This document shows positions 1 through 8,592 of a stretch of 64,000 nucleotides of DNA, one piece after another. The translations under genes were made by a program, and so were the position numbers. Position 1 is the first letter of the stretch, and each line of letters starts with the position of its first letter. The notes under the pieces were generated by a model. The model was not told where the DNA came from. It did not search any database and saw only the letters and a program-made list of their open reading frames with translations. Source of the stretch: Eubacteriales bacterium. GTDB taxonomy: Bacteria > Bacillota > Clostridia > Oscillospirales > JAAYXM01. Location: NCBI GenBank assembly GCA_045595365.1, contig JAZOAI010000033.1, positions 743 to 64,742 on the forward strand, written 5' to 3'.

Positions 1-1852
1 CGAGCATATCGCGAAGCTCAAAGTAGAGTGTTTCGACATCCTTCGTTTTCGAGAACAGCGTTATTGCAAGCTTCTTACTCTCATCACAGAGGTTTTCGGA
101 ATTTAAGCCGCTAACCGTTCTTCCAATCTCGAAGACTCCGAAATCCGGAGCGAACGAGGTGTTGTATTTCACCTGACAAAGCTGTGTCGGGATTATCGAA
201 CGGCGGATAGTCTTGATGTTCGGGTTTGTCGCGTTAATAAGCTCAACATTCGGCTCAATGTCAATTCCGAGCGCCTTATATTCGTCGTAATACGCCCAGA
301 TGTAGGAGTGGAGTTCGTGGAGAGAATATCTCTTTACAAGGACATCCTTGATTCTCTCCTCATCTGTCTTTTCCTGTGCCGCACGGACAGGATAAAGAGG
401 AACAGCCGCCGTGTTGATGTCAAAGTTGTCGTATCCGTAGATTCGTGTGATCTCTTCGATGATGTCTGCCTTGATTGTGACATCTTTCGTAGCGCGCCAG
501 GAAGGAACCTTGACTGTAAAGTCATCTCCATTAACACTCACGCCAAACCCAAGAGACTGCAACGTTTTCACAATCTGCTCATTTGAGATTTCAATGCCTG
601 TATAGCGGTTTACGAAATTCTTTGAAAACTCAAGAGTTTTCTCGTCATACTTCTTTACATACTCATCCGTGAGCGAGCTTGTAACCGTTGCACCGCTGTC
701 AATATCAGTGAGAAGCTTTACGAAACGGGCAATTGCCGGGACCGTCATTTCGGGGTCAAGGCTCTTTTCATAACGCTGTGATGCATCTGTTCTGTGAGCG
801 AGGCGAACCGTTGATTTGCGGATTGATGATGCATCAAACGTTGCAGATTCGAGAGTGAGAGAGCTTGTGTCCTCAACTATTTCAGAATCAAGGCCACCCA
901 TAATACCTGCTATAGCAACGGGATTGTCACCATTGCAAATCATAAGTGTATCGCTGTCAATGTCGCGCTCGATGTTGTCGAGAGTTGTAAACTTGAACGG
1001 CTTTTCAAATCTCTTGACGCGGATTTTATCCACCTTTCTTGAATCAAACGCGTGCATCGGCTGGCCCATTTCAAGCATAAGGTAGTTCGTGAGGTCAGCA
1101 AGGAGGTTTAATCCGCGCATTCCGCAGTAGTAAAGGCGGATTCTCATATTCATCGGACTTTCGTGCTTTGTTATATTCTCAAAGCGAAGTGCAGAGTAGC
1201 GGTAGCAAAGCTCATCTTCAATCTTGAGGTCAAGACTAGGAAGAGACTTGTATGCATCAAGGTCACAAACCTCAAGCGGGCGAAGCTCGCGACCTGCAAT
1301 AGCGGCGAACTCGCGGGCGATGCCGTAGTGTCCCCAGAGGTCGGGGCGGTTTGTGAGAGACTTGTTGTCAACCTCAAAGATGATGTCGTCAATATCGTAA
1401 ATTGTCTTTATGTCTGTTCCGTTTGCAATCGAAGGGCAGATGTCCATAATCCCGTCGTTGTTGTCAGAAATTCCAAGCTCGCGTTCAGAGCAACACATAC
1501 CGCAGGATGTGTAGCCCGCAAGCTTTCTCGGGGCAATTTCAATCTCTCCGATTTTTGCACCGAGCTTTGCAAACGCGGTTTTCATACCTACTCTTACATT
1601 CGGCGCTCCGCAGACAACGTCAATAAGCTCACTCTCGCCAGCATCAACTTTTAAAAGGTGAAGCTTCTTTGACTCGGGGTGGTCCTCAACTGACTTTATC
1701 TCTGCGACAACAATCCCCGAAATGTCGCTTCCCTTGAAGAAAATTTCATTTTCTACTTCCGCTGTAGAAAGGGAGAATTTATTAATAAGCTCGAGCTTGT
1801 CGAGTCCTGAAAGATCAACAAAGTCCGAAATCCAGTTCATTGATAAAAACAT
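1..1852 (-). CDS. pheT: Phenylalanine--tRNA ligase beta subunit, truncated by the left window edge (N-terminal ~617 codons present)
   Basis: Reverse strand from the ATG at 1852 reads MFLSMNWISDFVDLSGLDKLELINKFSLSTAEVENEIF, a typical PheT N-terminus. It sits 19 nt downstream of the pheS stop with an AGGAGAG RBS. It is absent from the ORF track because no stop codon falls inside the window. Confidence 0.85.
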   Translation of the reverse strand, partial: MFLSMNWISDFVDLSGLDKLELINKFSLSTAEVENEIFFKGSDISGIVVAEIKSVEDHPESKKLHLLKVDAGESELIDVVCGAPNVRVGMKTAFAKLGAKIGEIEIAPRKLAGYTSCGMCCSERELGISDNNDGIMDICPSIANGTDIKTIYDIDDIIFEVDNKSLTNRPDLWGHYGIAREFAAIAGRELRPLEVCDLDAYKSLPSLDLKIEDELCYRYSALRFENITKHESPMNMRIRLYYCGMRGLNLLADLTNYLMLEMGQPMHAFDSRKVDKIRVKRFEKPFKFTTLDNIERDIDSDTLMICNGDNPVAIAGIMGGLDSEIVEDTSSLTLESATFDASSIRKSTVRLAHRTDASQRYEKSLDPEMTVPAIARFVKLLTDIDSGATVTSSLTDEYVKKYDEKTLEFSKNFVNRYTGIEISNEQIVKTLQSLGFGVSVNGDDFTVKVPSWRATKDVTIKADIIEEITRIYGYDNFDINTAAVPLYPVRAAQEKTDEERIKDVLVKRYSLHELHSYIWAYYDEYKALGIDIEPNVELINATNPNIKTIRRSIIPTQLCQVKYNTSFAPDFGVFEIGRTVSGLNSENLCDESKKLAITLFSKTKDVETLYFELRDML

Positions 1853-1870
1853 AATTCATTCTCTCCTTTC

Positions 1871-2923
1871 TTACTTATCGTCCGTAAACTGCGAAAGAAC
1901 CTTGAGGCTTCCGGAGTTTAGGTCACGAATATCTTTTACGCCGTATTTCATCATTGCAAGTCTTGTGAGACCAAGACCGAAAGCAAAGCCTGTGTATTCC
2001 TCGGGGTCGATTCCGCCCGCCTTAAGAACCTCCGGGTGAATCATACCACACGGGCAAAGCTCAAGCCAACCGCTGTGCTTACAGGAAGCGCAACCCTCTC
2101 CGCCGCAGATAAGGCAGGAGATGTCAAGCTCAAATCCGGGCTCGACGAACGGGAAGAAACCCGGGCGGAGGCGAACCTTGATGTCCTTCTTGAAAACTTC
2201 AGAAAGCATAGTCTTCATAAAGAAGATGAGGTTTGAAATTGAAATATTCTTATCTACCATAACGCCTTCCATCTGGAAGAAGGTGTTCTCGTGGCAGGCA
2301 TCCGTTGCTTCGTTTCTGAAGCATCTCCCCGGGAAAATTGCCTTGATTGGCTTTCCTTCATTAACGAGCGCATCCTTATACTTTTTGTAGATAGCATTCT
2401 GCGCAGCCGACGTGTGTGACTTGAGAAGCTGGCCGTTTTCGAGATAATACGTGTCCTGCATATCACGCGCCGGATGGTTCTTCGGGATATTGAGAGCCTC
2501 GAAGCACTCATAGTCTGTTACTATTTCGCTGTAATCCTCAACAGCGAAGCCCATCGAACGGAATATCTCCTCACACTGGCGCTGGACAAGCGTGATGGGG
2601 TGATATGACCCGCGCTCAAGGCTTGCAGGGACTGACACATCAAACTCGGGCATAAGGTTATTCTCGCGCTCAATTTCTGCCGCGTGGATTGCCTCGCGCT
2701 TCTTCGAAATCTCCTCGCCTGCCTCTTCCTTAAGAACATTGACCGCCTGGCCAAACTCCTTCTTCTCCTCCGGAGAGAGGTTCTTCATATCCTTTAAAAG
2801 CTCGGTTATGAGGCCCTTCTTGCCGAGGTATTTAACTCGCACTTCTTCAAGAGCTTCCATTGTGCTGCATGCTTCAAGCTCTTTTAAAAGGTCAAGCTTC
2901 AGTGCGTTTGTTTTCTCTGACAT
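1871..2923 (-). CDS. pheS: Phenylalanine--tRNA ligase alpha subunit
   Basis: Translation from MSEKTNALKLDLL shows class II aaRS PheS features (HPARDMQDTYY, FRNEATDACHENTFFQMEG, GFAFGLGLTRLAM). I moved the start to the ATG at 2923, which has a GGAAATGG RBS. The 47 upstream codons of the track ORF lie in the T-box leader. Confidence 0.95.
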   Translation of the reverse strand: MSEKTNALKLDLLKELEACSTMEALEEVRVKYLGKKGLITELLKDMKNLSPEEKKEFGQAVNVLKEEAGEEISKKREAIHAAEIERENNLMPEFDVSVPASLERGSYHPITLVQRQCEEIFRSMGFAVEDYSEIVTDYECFEALNIPKNHPARDMQDTYYLENGQLLKSHTSAAQNAIYKKYKDALVNEGKPIKAIFPGRCFRNEATDACHENTFFQMEGVMVDKNISISNLIFFMKTMLSEVFKKDIKVRLRPGFFPFVEPGFELDISCLICGGEGCASCKHSGWLELCPCGMIHPEVLKAGGIDPEEYTGFAFGLGLTRLAMMKYGVKDIRDLNSGSLKVLSQFTDDK

Positions 2924-2951
2924 AACACCATTTCCTTTCGTTTTAAAATAA

Positions 2952-3205
2952 ATAAAAAACCCGCCCCGAAAAATCGGGACGAGCTGAAATTGCCCGCGGT
3001 ACCACCCAGATTCAGGAACTTTATTCCTGCACTTTTTCTGGCGCAATTGCGTGAGCGCCGACACCCTGCTTAGCCCTTCCGGTTTTCACAGAAAGCTCCC
3101 GCGCTGAAATTCATCTGCCGAGCCTTTGCGGAAACTCTCAGCCCAATGATTTCCACTCTCTTAAACAGCTCTGCACAAACTACTTACACGCGTTCATAGC
3201 TTATC
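2952..3205 (-). promoter_or_regulatory. T-box leader (tRNA-Phe responsive) controlling pheST
   Basis: The minus strand carries the T-box sequence GGGTGGTACCGCG (reverse complement of 2995-3007), an AGAGAG bulge, and a specifier loop GAUGAA-UUUC-AG (Phe codon at about 3106-3109). A terminator hairpin CCCG-ATTTTT-CGGG/GCGGG plus a T6 run ends near 2954. Confidence 0.85.
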
Positions 3206-3209
3206 TAAC

Positions 3210-3238
3210 ATTTTAATCTATTTTATGAAAAAAGTCAA
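3210..3238 (-). promoter_or_regulatory. Sigma-A type promoter for the pheST leader
   Basis: Minus strand reads TTGACT (3238-3233), a 17-nt spacer, then TAAAAT (3215-3210). Confidence 0.45.
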
Positions 3239-3245
3239 ATCTTTT

Positions 3246-3557
3246 TTATATTCCGGCCAACAACAAAACAAATGCCGCAAGTGCGGATGAGGCGGCAACC
3301 GTAAGAAGTCCCGCTCCTCGATATGCAATAACTATTCCGACCGCGCATCCGACAACCGCCGACGGCAGACTCCCCGTGCTGTAGAACACCGCAGGGAATG
3401 TCATCGCCGCGAGAACAACGTACGGCACATAGAACAAAAATGAGCGAATCCACCGATTTTCAATTTTCTTTCTGAAAACCACAATGGGAATGGCACGAAT
3501 AACATATGTAACACCCGCCATAACCGCGATTGCCGAGAGCAAATACTTCACGTTCAT
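3246..3557 (-). CDS. azlD: AzlD-family branched-chain amino acid transport protein
   Basis: A 103-aa hydrophobic protein of typical AzlD size and pattern. It overlaps the upstream AzlC-like gene by 4 nt. Confidence 0.75.
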   Translation of the reverse strand: MNVKYLLSAIAVMAGVTYVIRAIPIVVFRKKIENRWIRSFLFYVPYVVLAAMTFPAVFYSTGSLPSAVVGCAVGIVIAYRGAGLLTVAASSALAAFVLLLAGI

Positions 3558-4270
3558 TCCGCATCCCTCCCGTCTTCAAATTTAATTGGAAGGAATGTAG
3601 CGCAGAGCGCACTTACAAGAACCGTAATTATTATAATCGTCCACCCGCTTGAAATATTCCGAAGAATAGGAGCGTAGTAAAAAACAAGGCTCGATGCGAT
3701 GGCTAAGATTGCTGCCGTAAGAACGTTTTTGTTTTCCCGCGCGGGAGGAACGACGATTGCAATAAACATACCGTAAAGCGCGATTCCCATAGCAGATGCA
3801 AGAGAGGCCGGCAAAACGGAAGTCGCAAGCGCGCCCGTCGCCGTACCGCAGGTCCACCCGACAACGGGAGTTATTATAAGCCCCGCCATATACGAAGCTG
3901 TGAGCGGCTCTGTATTTTTTACCGACACGGCGAAAATCTCATCTGTTATTCCGAACGAAATCAAAAACCGTTGCCACAGCTTCATTGACGGCGAAATTTT
4001 CTGAGATACGGAGAGCGACATCAAAAAATACCGCATATTTATAATAAGCGTTGTGATTGCAAATTCAATCAGCGCCCCCGCCTCAAGCATAATGTTTATC
4101 CCGGCAAACTGGCCTGCGCTCGTCAGGTTCGAAAGCGAGGTCAGAATTGCCGCCCACGCAGGAATTCCGCCCTTTGCGGCAGCGATTCCGAATGCCATTG
4201 AAACAGAAAAGTAGCCAAGGCAAATGGGCAGCCCGTCTTTTATTCCGTTTAAAAAATCGCGTTTTTTCAT
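3554..4270 (-). CDS. azlC: AzlC-family branched-chain amino acid permease component
   Basis: A multi-TM protein (GIKDGLPICLGYFSVSMAFG, INMRYFLMSLS) paired with azlD. Start placed at the ATG at 4270 (MKKRDF), preceded by GGGAAG. Confidence 0.75.
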   Translation of the reverse strand: MKKRDFLNGIKDGLPICLGYFSVSMAFGIAAAKGGIPAWAAILTSLSNLTSAGQFAGINIMLEAGALIEFAITTLIINMRYFLMSLSVSQKISPSMKLWQRFLISFGITDEIFAVSVKNTEPLTASYMAGLIITPVVGWTCGTATGALATSVLPASLASAMGIALYGMFIAIVVPPARENKNVLTAAILAIASSLVFYYAPILRNISSGWTIIIITVLVSALCATFLPIKFEDGRDAE

Positions 4271-4355
4271 ATCATCTTCCCACAAATCATATTTGATGAA
4301 TCAGCCTTAAATGCGAAATAGCCGTCACCTAAAATAAATCTATCGGTTCTATCGA

Positions 4356-4829
4356 TTATCGGGCTATTTTGCCGACCTTCGCATTAATAAGGCTAATCAG
4401 TTCTCCCGGTGAAATTTCAACCTGATATCCTATCTTCCCTGCGCTGAACACTATCTTTTCGCACTCAAGGCAAGCATCGTCAATAACGGTTACATATTGC
4501 TTCTTCATCCCTATCGGAGAGCATCCTCCGCGTATGTATCCCGTCACCTTGTTTATGTCCTTCACCGCAATCATTTCAACCGACTTTTCCCCGACCGTGG
4601 CGGCGCAGGCCTTGAGATCAAGCTCCTTAAAAACCGGAACAACAAAAACATAGTATTTTTTTGACGGAGCAACAGTAACAAGAGTTTTGAATACCATGCT
4701 CGGCTCCTTCCCTATTTTCCCGGCTACCGAACACCCGTCGTAATCTCCGTTGCTTTCATAGGTATGTAATTCATAATCAATCTTGTTTGTTTCAAGTATT
4801 CGCATTACGTTTGTTTTAAAATTTGCCAT
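4356..4829 (-). CDS. ybaK: Cys-tRNA(Pro)/Cys-tRNA(Cys) deacylase, YbaK/EbsC family
   Basis: A 157-aa protein with the YbaK-type pattern (FKTLV, GYIRGGCSPIGMKK). Confidence 0.8.
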   Translation of the reverse strand: MANFKTNVMRILETNKIDYELHTYESNGDYDGCSVAGKIGKEPSMVFKTLVTVAPSKKYYVFVVPVFKELDLKACAATVGEKSVEMIAVKDINKVTGYIRGGCSPIGMKKQYVTVIDDACLECEKIVFSAGKIGYQVEISPGELISLINAKVGKIAR

Positions 4830-4848
4830 TTTGTCACCTGAATTTTAA

Positions 4849-5049
4849 CTACTTTTTCTTTTCAATCTTTCTCTTGTTTCCCTTTTCATCCATGATATAC
4901 ACATTATTTAATGTGTTTTCCATTCCCTGGCGGAACTTCTTTATATATTCCTGTCTGAGGCTTGCCTGCTCGGCTTTTTCTTCTTCACTCAGGCCTTCTT
5001 CTCTTGATTTTTTTGCAAGCTCATTGATTCTTTTTATAAGTTTTTCCAT
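4849..5049 (-). CDS. DUF896/UPF0291 (YnzC-like) small protein
   Basis: MEKLIKRINELAKKSREEGLSEEEKAEQASLRQEYIKKFR is typical of the family. The ATG at 5049 has an AAAGGAAG RBS. Confidence 0.7.
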   Translation of the reverse strand: MEKLIKRINELAKKSREEGLSEEEKAEQASLRQEYIKKFRQGMENTLNNVYIMDEKGNKRKIEKKK

Positions 5050-5082
5050 AGTTATTCTTCCTTTCAAAGTCTTCCTTGCCAT

Positions 5083-5243
5083 AGGCCCCCTTGCCTAAAG
5101 GGGGCTGTCACCGCAGGTGACTGGGGGATTCTTTTTCATCTTATTAAAATCCCGCTTTTATATCCCTCCACCACCTTCGGTGGTCCCCCTCCCTTTAGGC
5201 AAGGGAGGTTTTTTGTTCCTAACATTTTTCGACAATCTTTATA
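5083..5243. repeat. Intergenic multi-hairpin repeat, copy A (~160 bp)
   Basis: Nearly identical to 8301-8463. Hairpins: GCCCCCTT/AAGGGGGC; GTCACC-GCA-GGTGAC; GGGATT...AATCCC; CCACC-TTCG-GGTGG; CCTCCCTT-TAGGC-AAGGGAGG followed by T6. The two outer hairpins are reverse complements of each other (GCCTAAAGGG versus CCCTTTAGGC). Confidence 0.8.
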
Positions 5244-5365
5244 TGATTTTGTCAAGTTAGGGCAAAAAATTATATTTAAAGAATTTATCTTTCTGTAAAC
5301 TTTGCCCGTTTTTGCAAAACACCCCGAAAAACTGAAACAACATATAAATAAACCAATAAACGGCA

Positions 5366-6355
5366 TCAATCATCCCGTGCATTTTGAATAAGGATTCTTT
5401 GTTCTGAAATCAGGTCATGGCATATCAGTTTATCGCTTTCTAAATTCTCTGCAAAAAGCGATACGGCATTGATTTGGGAGTTGTTATATGTGGTGTAATA
5501 ATATATCCCCTTATCGGTATTACAACAGGATGTGTAATGGGTGATCTCATACTCGTCTCCGACCTTTACCGCACCCCTTATCTGATATACAGAATAAAGG
5601 ATATGAAAAAACTGATTTATTATCTCCTGCTCAGTTTTTCCAAAAACAGAGTTAAGCTTTAAAAAAGCGATCTTTACAAATCTTGATGCCGATGACAAAT
5701 CGCCCGGGAGCCCGATTCCTCCCATCCCCCTCGAATAGGGCTTTAAATCAACTTTATCCGAAAAAACATTCCTTGTCTCTTCTGCTGTAGCTGACATATA
5801 GTTTGTGAGATTGAACATCTGCATATCAAATGGCGGGTTATTCGTCAGAACTCCGGCAGGTGTATTATAAACTCTGATGCCGTCTTTTGTCTGTTCGACA
5901 ACCATCGCCTCATTTCTGTCAGCAATTATCCAATGCAGCGGTGACGGCGCGAGCTTATCATTAAACGCTTCGCCTGTTATGTTGATTTTCCGAAGCAATC
6001 CACGGGCATCCTCTACCGATTCACACTGTGTCAAAAGCCATGGAATGAACTCAAACGATGCAACGTTATCCGCACCATGAATTCTTTCCGTATACACTGC
6101 ATTATCCGGGAAATTCAGCCCCGCCATGCTCAACCCCTTCTCGTTTGTTGCATCAAAGTACAGCGGAAAATTTTCACTTTCAATTCCCATACCGATTACT
6201 GCAAAATGCTCTTTTATTATTTTCCCGTTTCGAAAAGAGAACTCAAACCCTCTGGGGGTAATTATAACTTTTTCGCCGAAAGAAAGCTCAAAATCAAGAT
6301 TTCTTCCAAAATAATTGCAATCGGCCGTAACAGAAATTGCCGTACACACAGACAT
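5366..6355 (-). CDS. Choloylglycine hydrolase family (bile-salt-hydrolase-like Ntn hydrolase)
   Basis: N-terminus M-SV-CTAISV...GRNLDFE matches the BSH/penicillin V acylase pattern MCT...GRN.D, with the nucleophile Cys close to the N-terminus. ATG at 6355; the track start at 6358 is GTG. Confidence 0.75.
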   Translation of the reverse strand: MSVCTAISVTADCNYFGRNLDFELSFGEKVIITPRGFEFSFRNGKIIKEHFAVIGMGIESENFPLYFDATNEKGLSMAGLNFPDNAVYTERIHGADNVASFEFIPWLLTQCESVEDARGLLRKINITGEAFNDKLAPSPLHWIIADRNEAMVVEQTKDGIRVYNTPAGVLTNNPPFDMQMFNLTNYMSATAEETRNVFSDKVDLKPYSRGMGGIGLPGDLSSASRFVKIAFLKLNSVFGKTEQEIINQFFHILYSVYQIRGAVKVGDEYEITHYTSCCNTDKGIYYYTTYNNSQINAVSLFAENLESDKLICHDLISEQRILIQNARDD

Positions 6356-6480
6356 CACTCCTTATGGATATTCTGTGTAGTACATCCTCCGTTTAAACCT
6401 TTTAACCCTTAAATTCGTCCTTTGTGGAATCTCCTGATTTTTTTCGGCTAAAATTTCTTTATAACCATATTTGCTCCTCT

Positions 6481-6960
6481 TCAGATGCTTTTTATCGCTT
6501 GCCACGCCTCAACAAGCTTTTCCAGAGACCACACAGCATTTGCAGGAGAGGTGGAAGGCAGGCAAACTGCCTCTCTGTTTATCTGAGCCTTTGTGTACTT
6601 TTTAAAGTATTTCTCTGCAGTCTTTCCGTTAACGAAAATCTGCCTGATATCCGCCTCACCGAGAATTTTTGAAAGGTCATTCACTTTTACATTTTTGATA
6701 GAGCTATCCGAGCTTCCCGTTATCTCGCAGGACGCGATAACATCCCAGAGAGCAATACCGTTTTCAAGCAGAAACTTCTTTTTCTCCTCAATAGTCTCAG
6801 GCACATCACACTCGAACACGGCGGAAACCACCTTCCAAAATCGGTTTTGCGGATGACCGTAAAAAAACATTTGCTCACGAGATTTTACTGACGGGAAACT
6901 CCCCAAAATCAAAATCTTCGAATCTTTATTATATAAAGGTGGAAATGGGTGTTCCATCAT
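6481..6960 (-). CDS. DNA-deoxyinosine (hypoxanthine) glycosylase, UDG superfamily
   Basis: ILILGSFPSVKSREQMFFYGHPQNRFW is the characteristic motif. 159 aa, with a GAGGTG RBS. Confidence 0.7.
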   Translation of the reverse strand: MMEHPFPPLYNKDSKILILGSFPSVKSREQMFFYGHPQNRFWKVVSAVFECDVPETIEEKKKFLLENGIALWDVIASCEITGSSDSSIKNVKVNDLSKILGEADIRQIFVNGKTAEKYFKKYTKAQINREAVCLPSTSPANAVWSLEKLVEAWQAIKSI

Positions 6961-7011
6961 TTTATCACCTCAAAAATATGGCTTGCTACAGATTGAAAAT
7001 CAAAAGTAAAG

Positions 7012-8208
7012 TTATTCAAAACCAAGTTCCGCGAGCGCTGCTTGCGGAATTCCTATATCAAGAACTTTCTTCACTCCGCAAAGGTACTTACCCTGATTCA
7101 CATTAAGTCCAACCTTGTCAAGCGCAAGCGTATAGGTGTAATTTGCTTTTACGACACTTCCCGAAATTTCACCCGTATCAGCAGAAAGACCGCTCGGAAT
7201 ATCAACAGAAATAACCGTGTTATTCATAGCCGTTATTCTGTCTATCGCGAGCTTGATGTTCCCCCTCGGTGTGCCCGAGACAGAGATTCCCAGGAGCGCG
7301 TCAATTATGATCGCGTCTTCATCAACAGGGTCTGTGATTTTCAAAACTTCGACATTCTCCTCACTCAGTCTGTCAAAGGCTATTCTTGCAGTCTCACTGA
7401 GCTCTTCTTTCTCGTGCGTGAGATAAACCCTGGCATCGAGTCCGTCGGCTTTGAGCAGCCTTGCAACAACAAAACCGTCTCCGCCGTTATTTCCCTTTCC
7501 GCAAAAGACAGCAAACTTCTTATCCTGAAAAGTTTGTTTTATCTCACCAAAAATGCTCTTTCCTGCATTCTCCATAAGCTGATATAACGGAATACCGTAT
7601 TTTTCGGATGCCAATGTATCAAGTTGTTTTATATGTTCAGACAATGCAAGATGCATGGTTGCCTTTTTCTTGGGGCAGTCTCGTTCCTCTTTTTTGATTC
7701 TTCCGATCTCAGCCATCTGAATAATGAACAAAATAATGTGTCCAATGAACACTAAAAATGTAAGACAAAACGCTATATTTGAAAGCAGATTGCTTTCTAT
7801 GAAGCCGAAGAAGAAATACATTTCACCTATATCTCCTCCGTCAGGGAACAGTAAATATACAGCTAAATACGATACAAAAAACAGCACGCTCTGTTTTTTC
7901 AGCTTTTCGGATTTATCAAAGTATTTAGCGGTAAAAAAGTTCGTCAAGAAAAACGCAATTGCGTGAAATATCGGAATCGCTAAGAAAGTTAAAACAAATC
8001 TCAACCACCCAATATTGAAAATCCACGAGGTAGCCGCAATAATTATTGCTCCAATTGTGAAAAAAATACTCCTCATAATCTGGGGGGAATTGCTTTTTCT
8101 TGCTTTTACGATCGCCAGAATCACTCCACCTACTATGATGACAACAGCAATCACAGGTACAGCAATCAATAAAGCCAATAAAAATCTTTTATCCACATTC
8201 GCTAACAT
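7012..8208 (-). CDS. Membrane protein (5-6 TM) fused to a YjeF-N NAD(P)H-hydrate epimerase domain
   Basis: The C-terminal ~210 aa read QLMENAGKSIF...FCGKGNNGGDGFVVARLL...DALLGI...VDIPSGL, which is the NnrE/YjeF_N pattern. The N-terminal ~190 aa are strongly hydrophobic. Start is uncertain (8232, 8214 or 8208). I chose 8208 because GGAAGGGG lies about 8 nt upstream. Confidence 0.65.
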   Translation of the reverse strand: MLANVDKRFLLALLIAVPVIAVVIIVGGVILAIVKARKSNSPQIMRSIFFTIGAIIIAATSWIFNIGWLRFVLTFLAIPIFHAIAFFLTNFFTAKYFDKSEKLKKQSVLFFVSYLAVYLLFPDGGDIGEMYFFFGFIESNLLSNIAFCLTFLVFIGHIILFIIQMAEIGRIKKEERDCPKKKATMHLALSEHIKQLDTLASEKYGIPLYQLMENAGKSIFGEIKQTFQDKKFAVFCGKGNNGGDGFVVARLLKADGLDARVYLTHEKEELSETARIAFDRLSEENVEVLKITDPVDEDAIIIDALLGISVSGTPRGNIKLAIDRITAMNNTVISVDIPSGLSADTGEISGSVVKANYTYTLALDKVGLNVNQGKYLCGVKKVLDIGIPQAALAELGFE

Positions 8209-8300
8209 CAACATTTCCCCTTCCAATAGCATTTGATAAACTTAATATAAGGGATGTGTGGTTTTGATGCAACTTGTTTTTGGAATTTCGCACCATCCGA

Positions 8301-8463
8301 AGGCCCCCGTGCCTAAAGGGGGCTGTCTGCGAAGCAGGCTGGGGGATTCTTTTTCATCTTATTAAAATCCCGCTTTTATATCCCTCCACCACCTTCGGTG
8401 GTCCCCCTCCCTTTAGGCAAGGGAGGCATTTTTTGTTCTCGACTTTTTTCGACAATCTTTATA
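8301..8463. repeat. Intergenic multi-hairpin repeat, copy B
   Basis: Same element as 5083-5243, in the same orientation. The second hairpin differs on both arms (GTCTGC-GAA-GCAGGC). Confidence 0.8.
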
Positions 8464-8555
8464 GCCTCGGGTTAAGTCAGGAGTGAAAATTTTTTGTTGT
8501 GCCCACACTTTCCGATACTCTTCATTATACTCTCTTTTTCGCATTGTTGCAATAT

Positions 8556-8584
8556 AAAAAGGCACCAAGCTCGGTGCCTTTTAA
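8556..8584 (-). terminator. Rho-independent terminator downstream of adh
   Basis: AAAAAGGCACC-AAGCTC-GGTGCCTTTT. A/T runs flank both sides, so it could act bidirectionally. Confidence 0.65.
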
Positions 8585-8592
8585 GGTTTATA

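Noticed and set aside
2924-3064. A 47-codon N-terminal extension of pheS in the track ORF
   Set aside because: The extension covers the T-box terminator and antiterminator. A good RBS and a canonical PheS N-terminus begin at 2923.
5136-5369. Small ORFs spanning the repeat copies (5136-5369 minus strand; 8274-8486 plus strand)
   Set aside because: They run through the hairpin repeat on different strands in the two copies and have no RBS. Their apparent conservation is explained by the DNA repeat itself.
5083-8463. The two repeat copies as ends of a composite mobile element carrying the genes between them
   Set aside because: The copies are direct, not inverted. The enclosed genes (a BSH-like hydrolase, a DNA glycosylase and the NnrE fusion) include no transposase or integrase, and no target-site duplication is visible at the four junctions.
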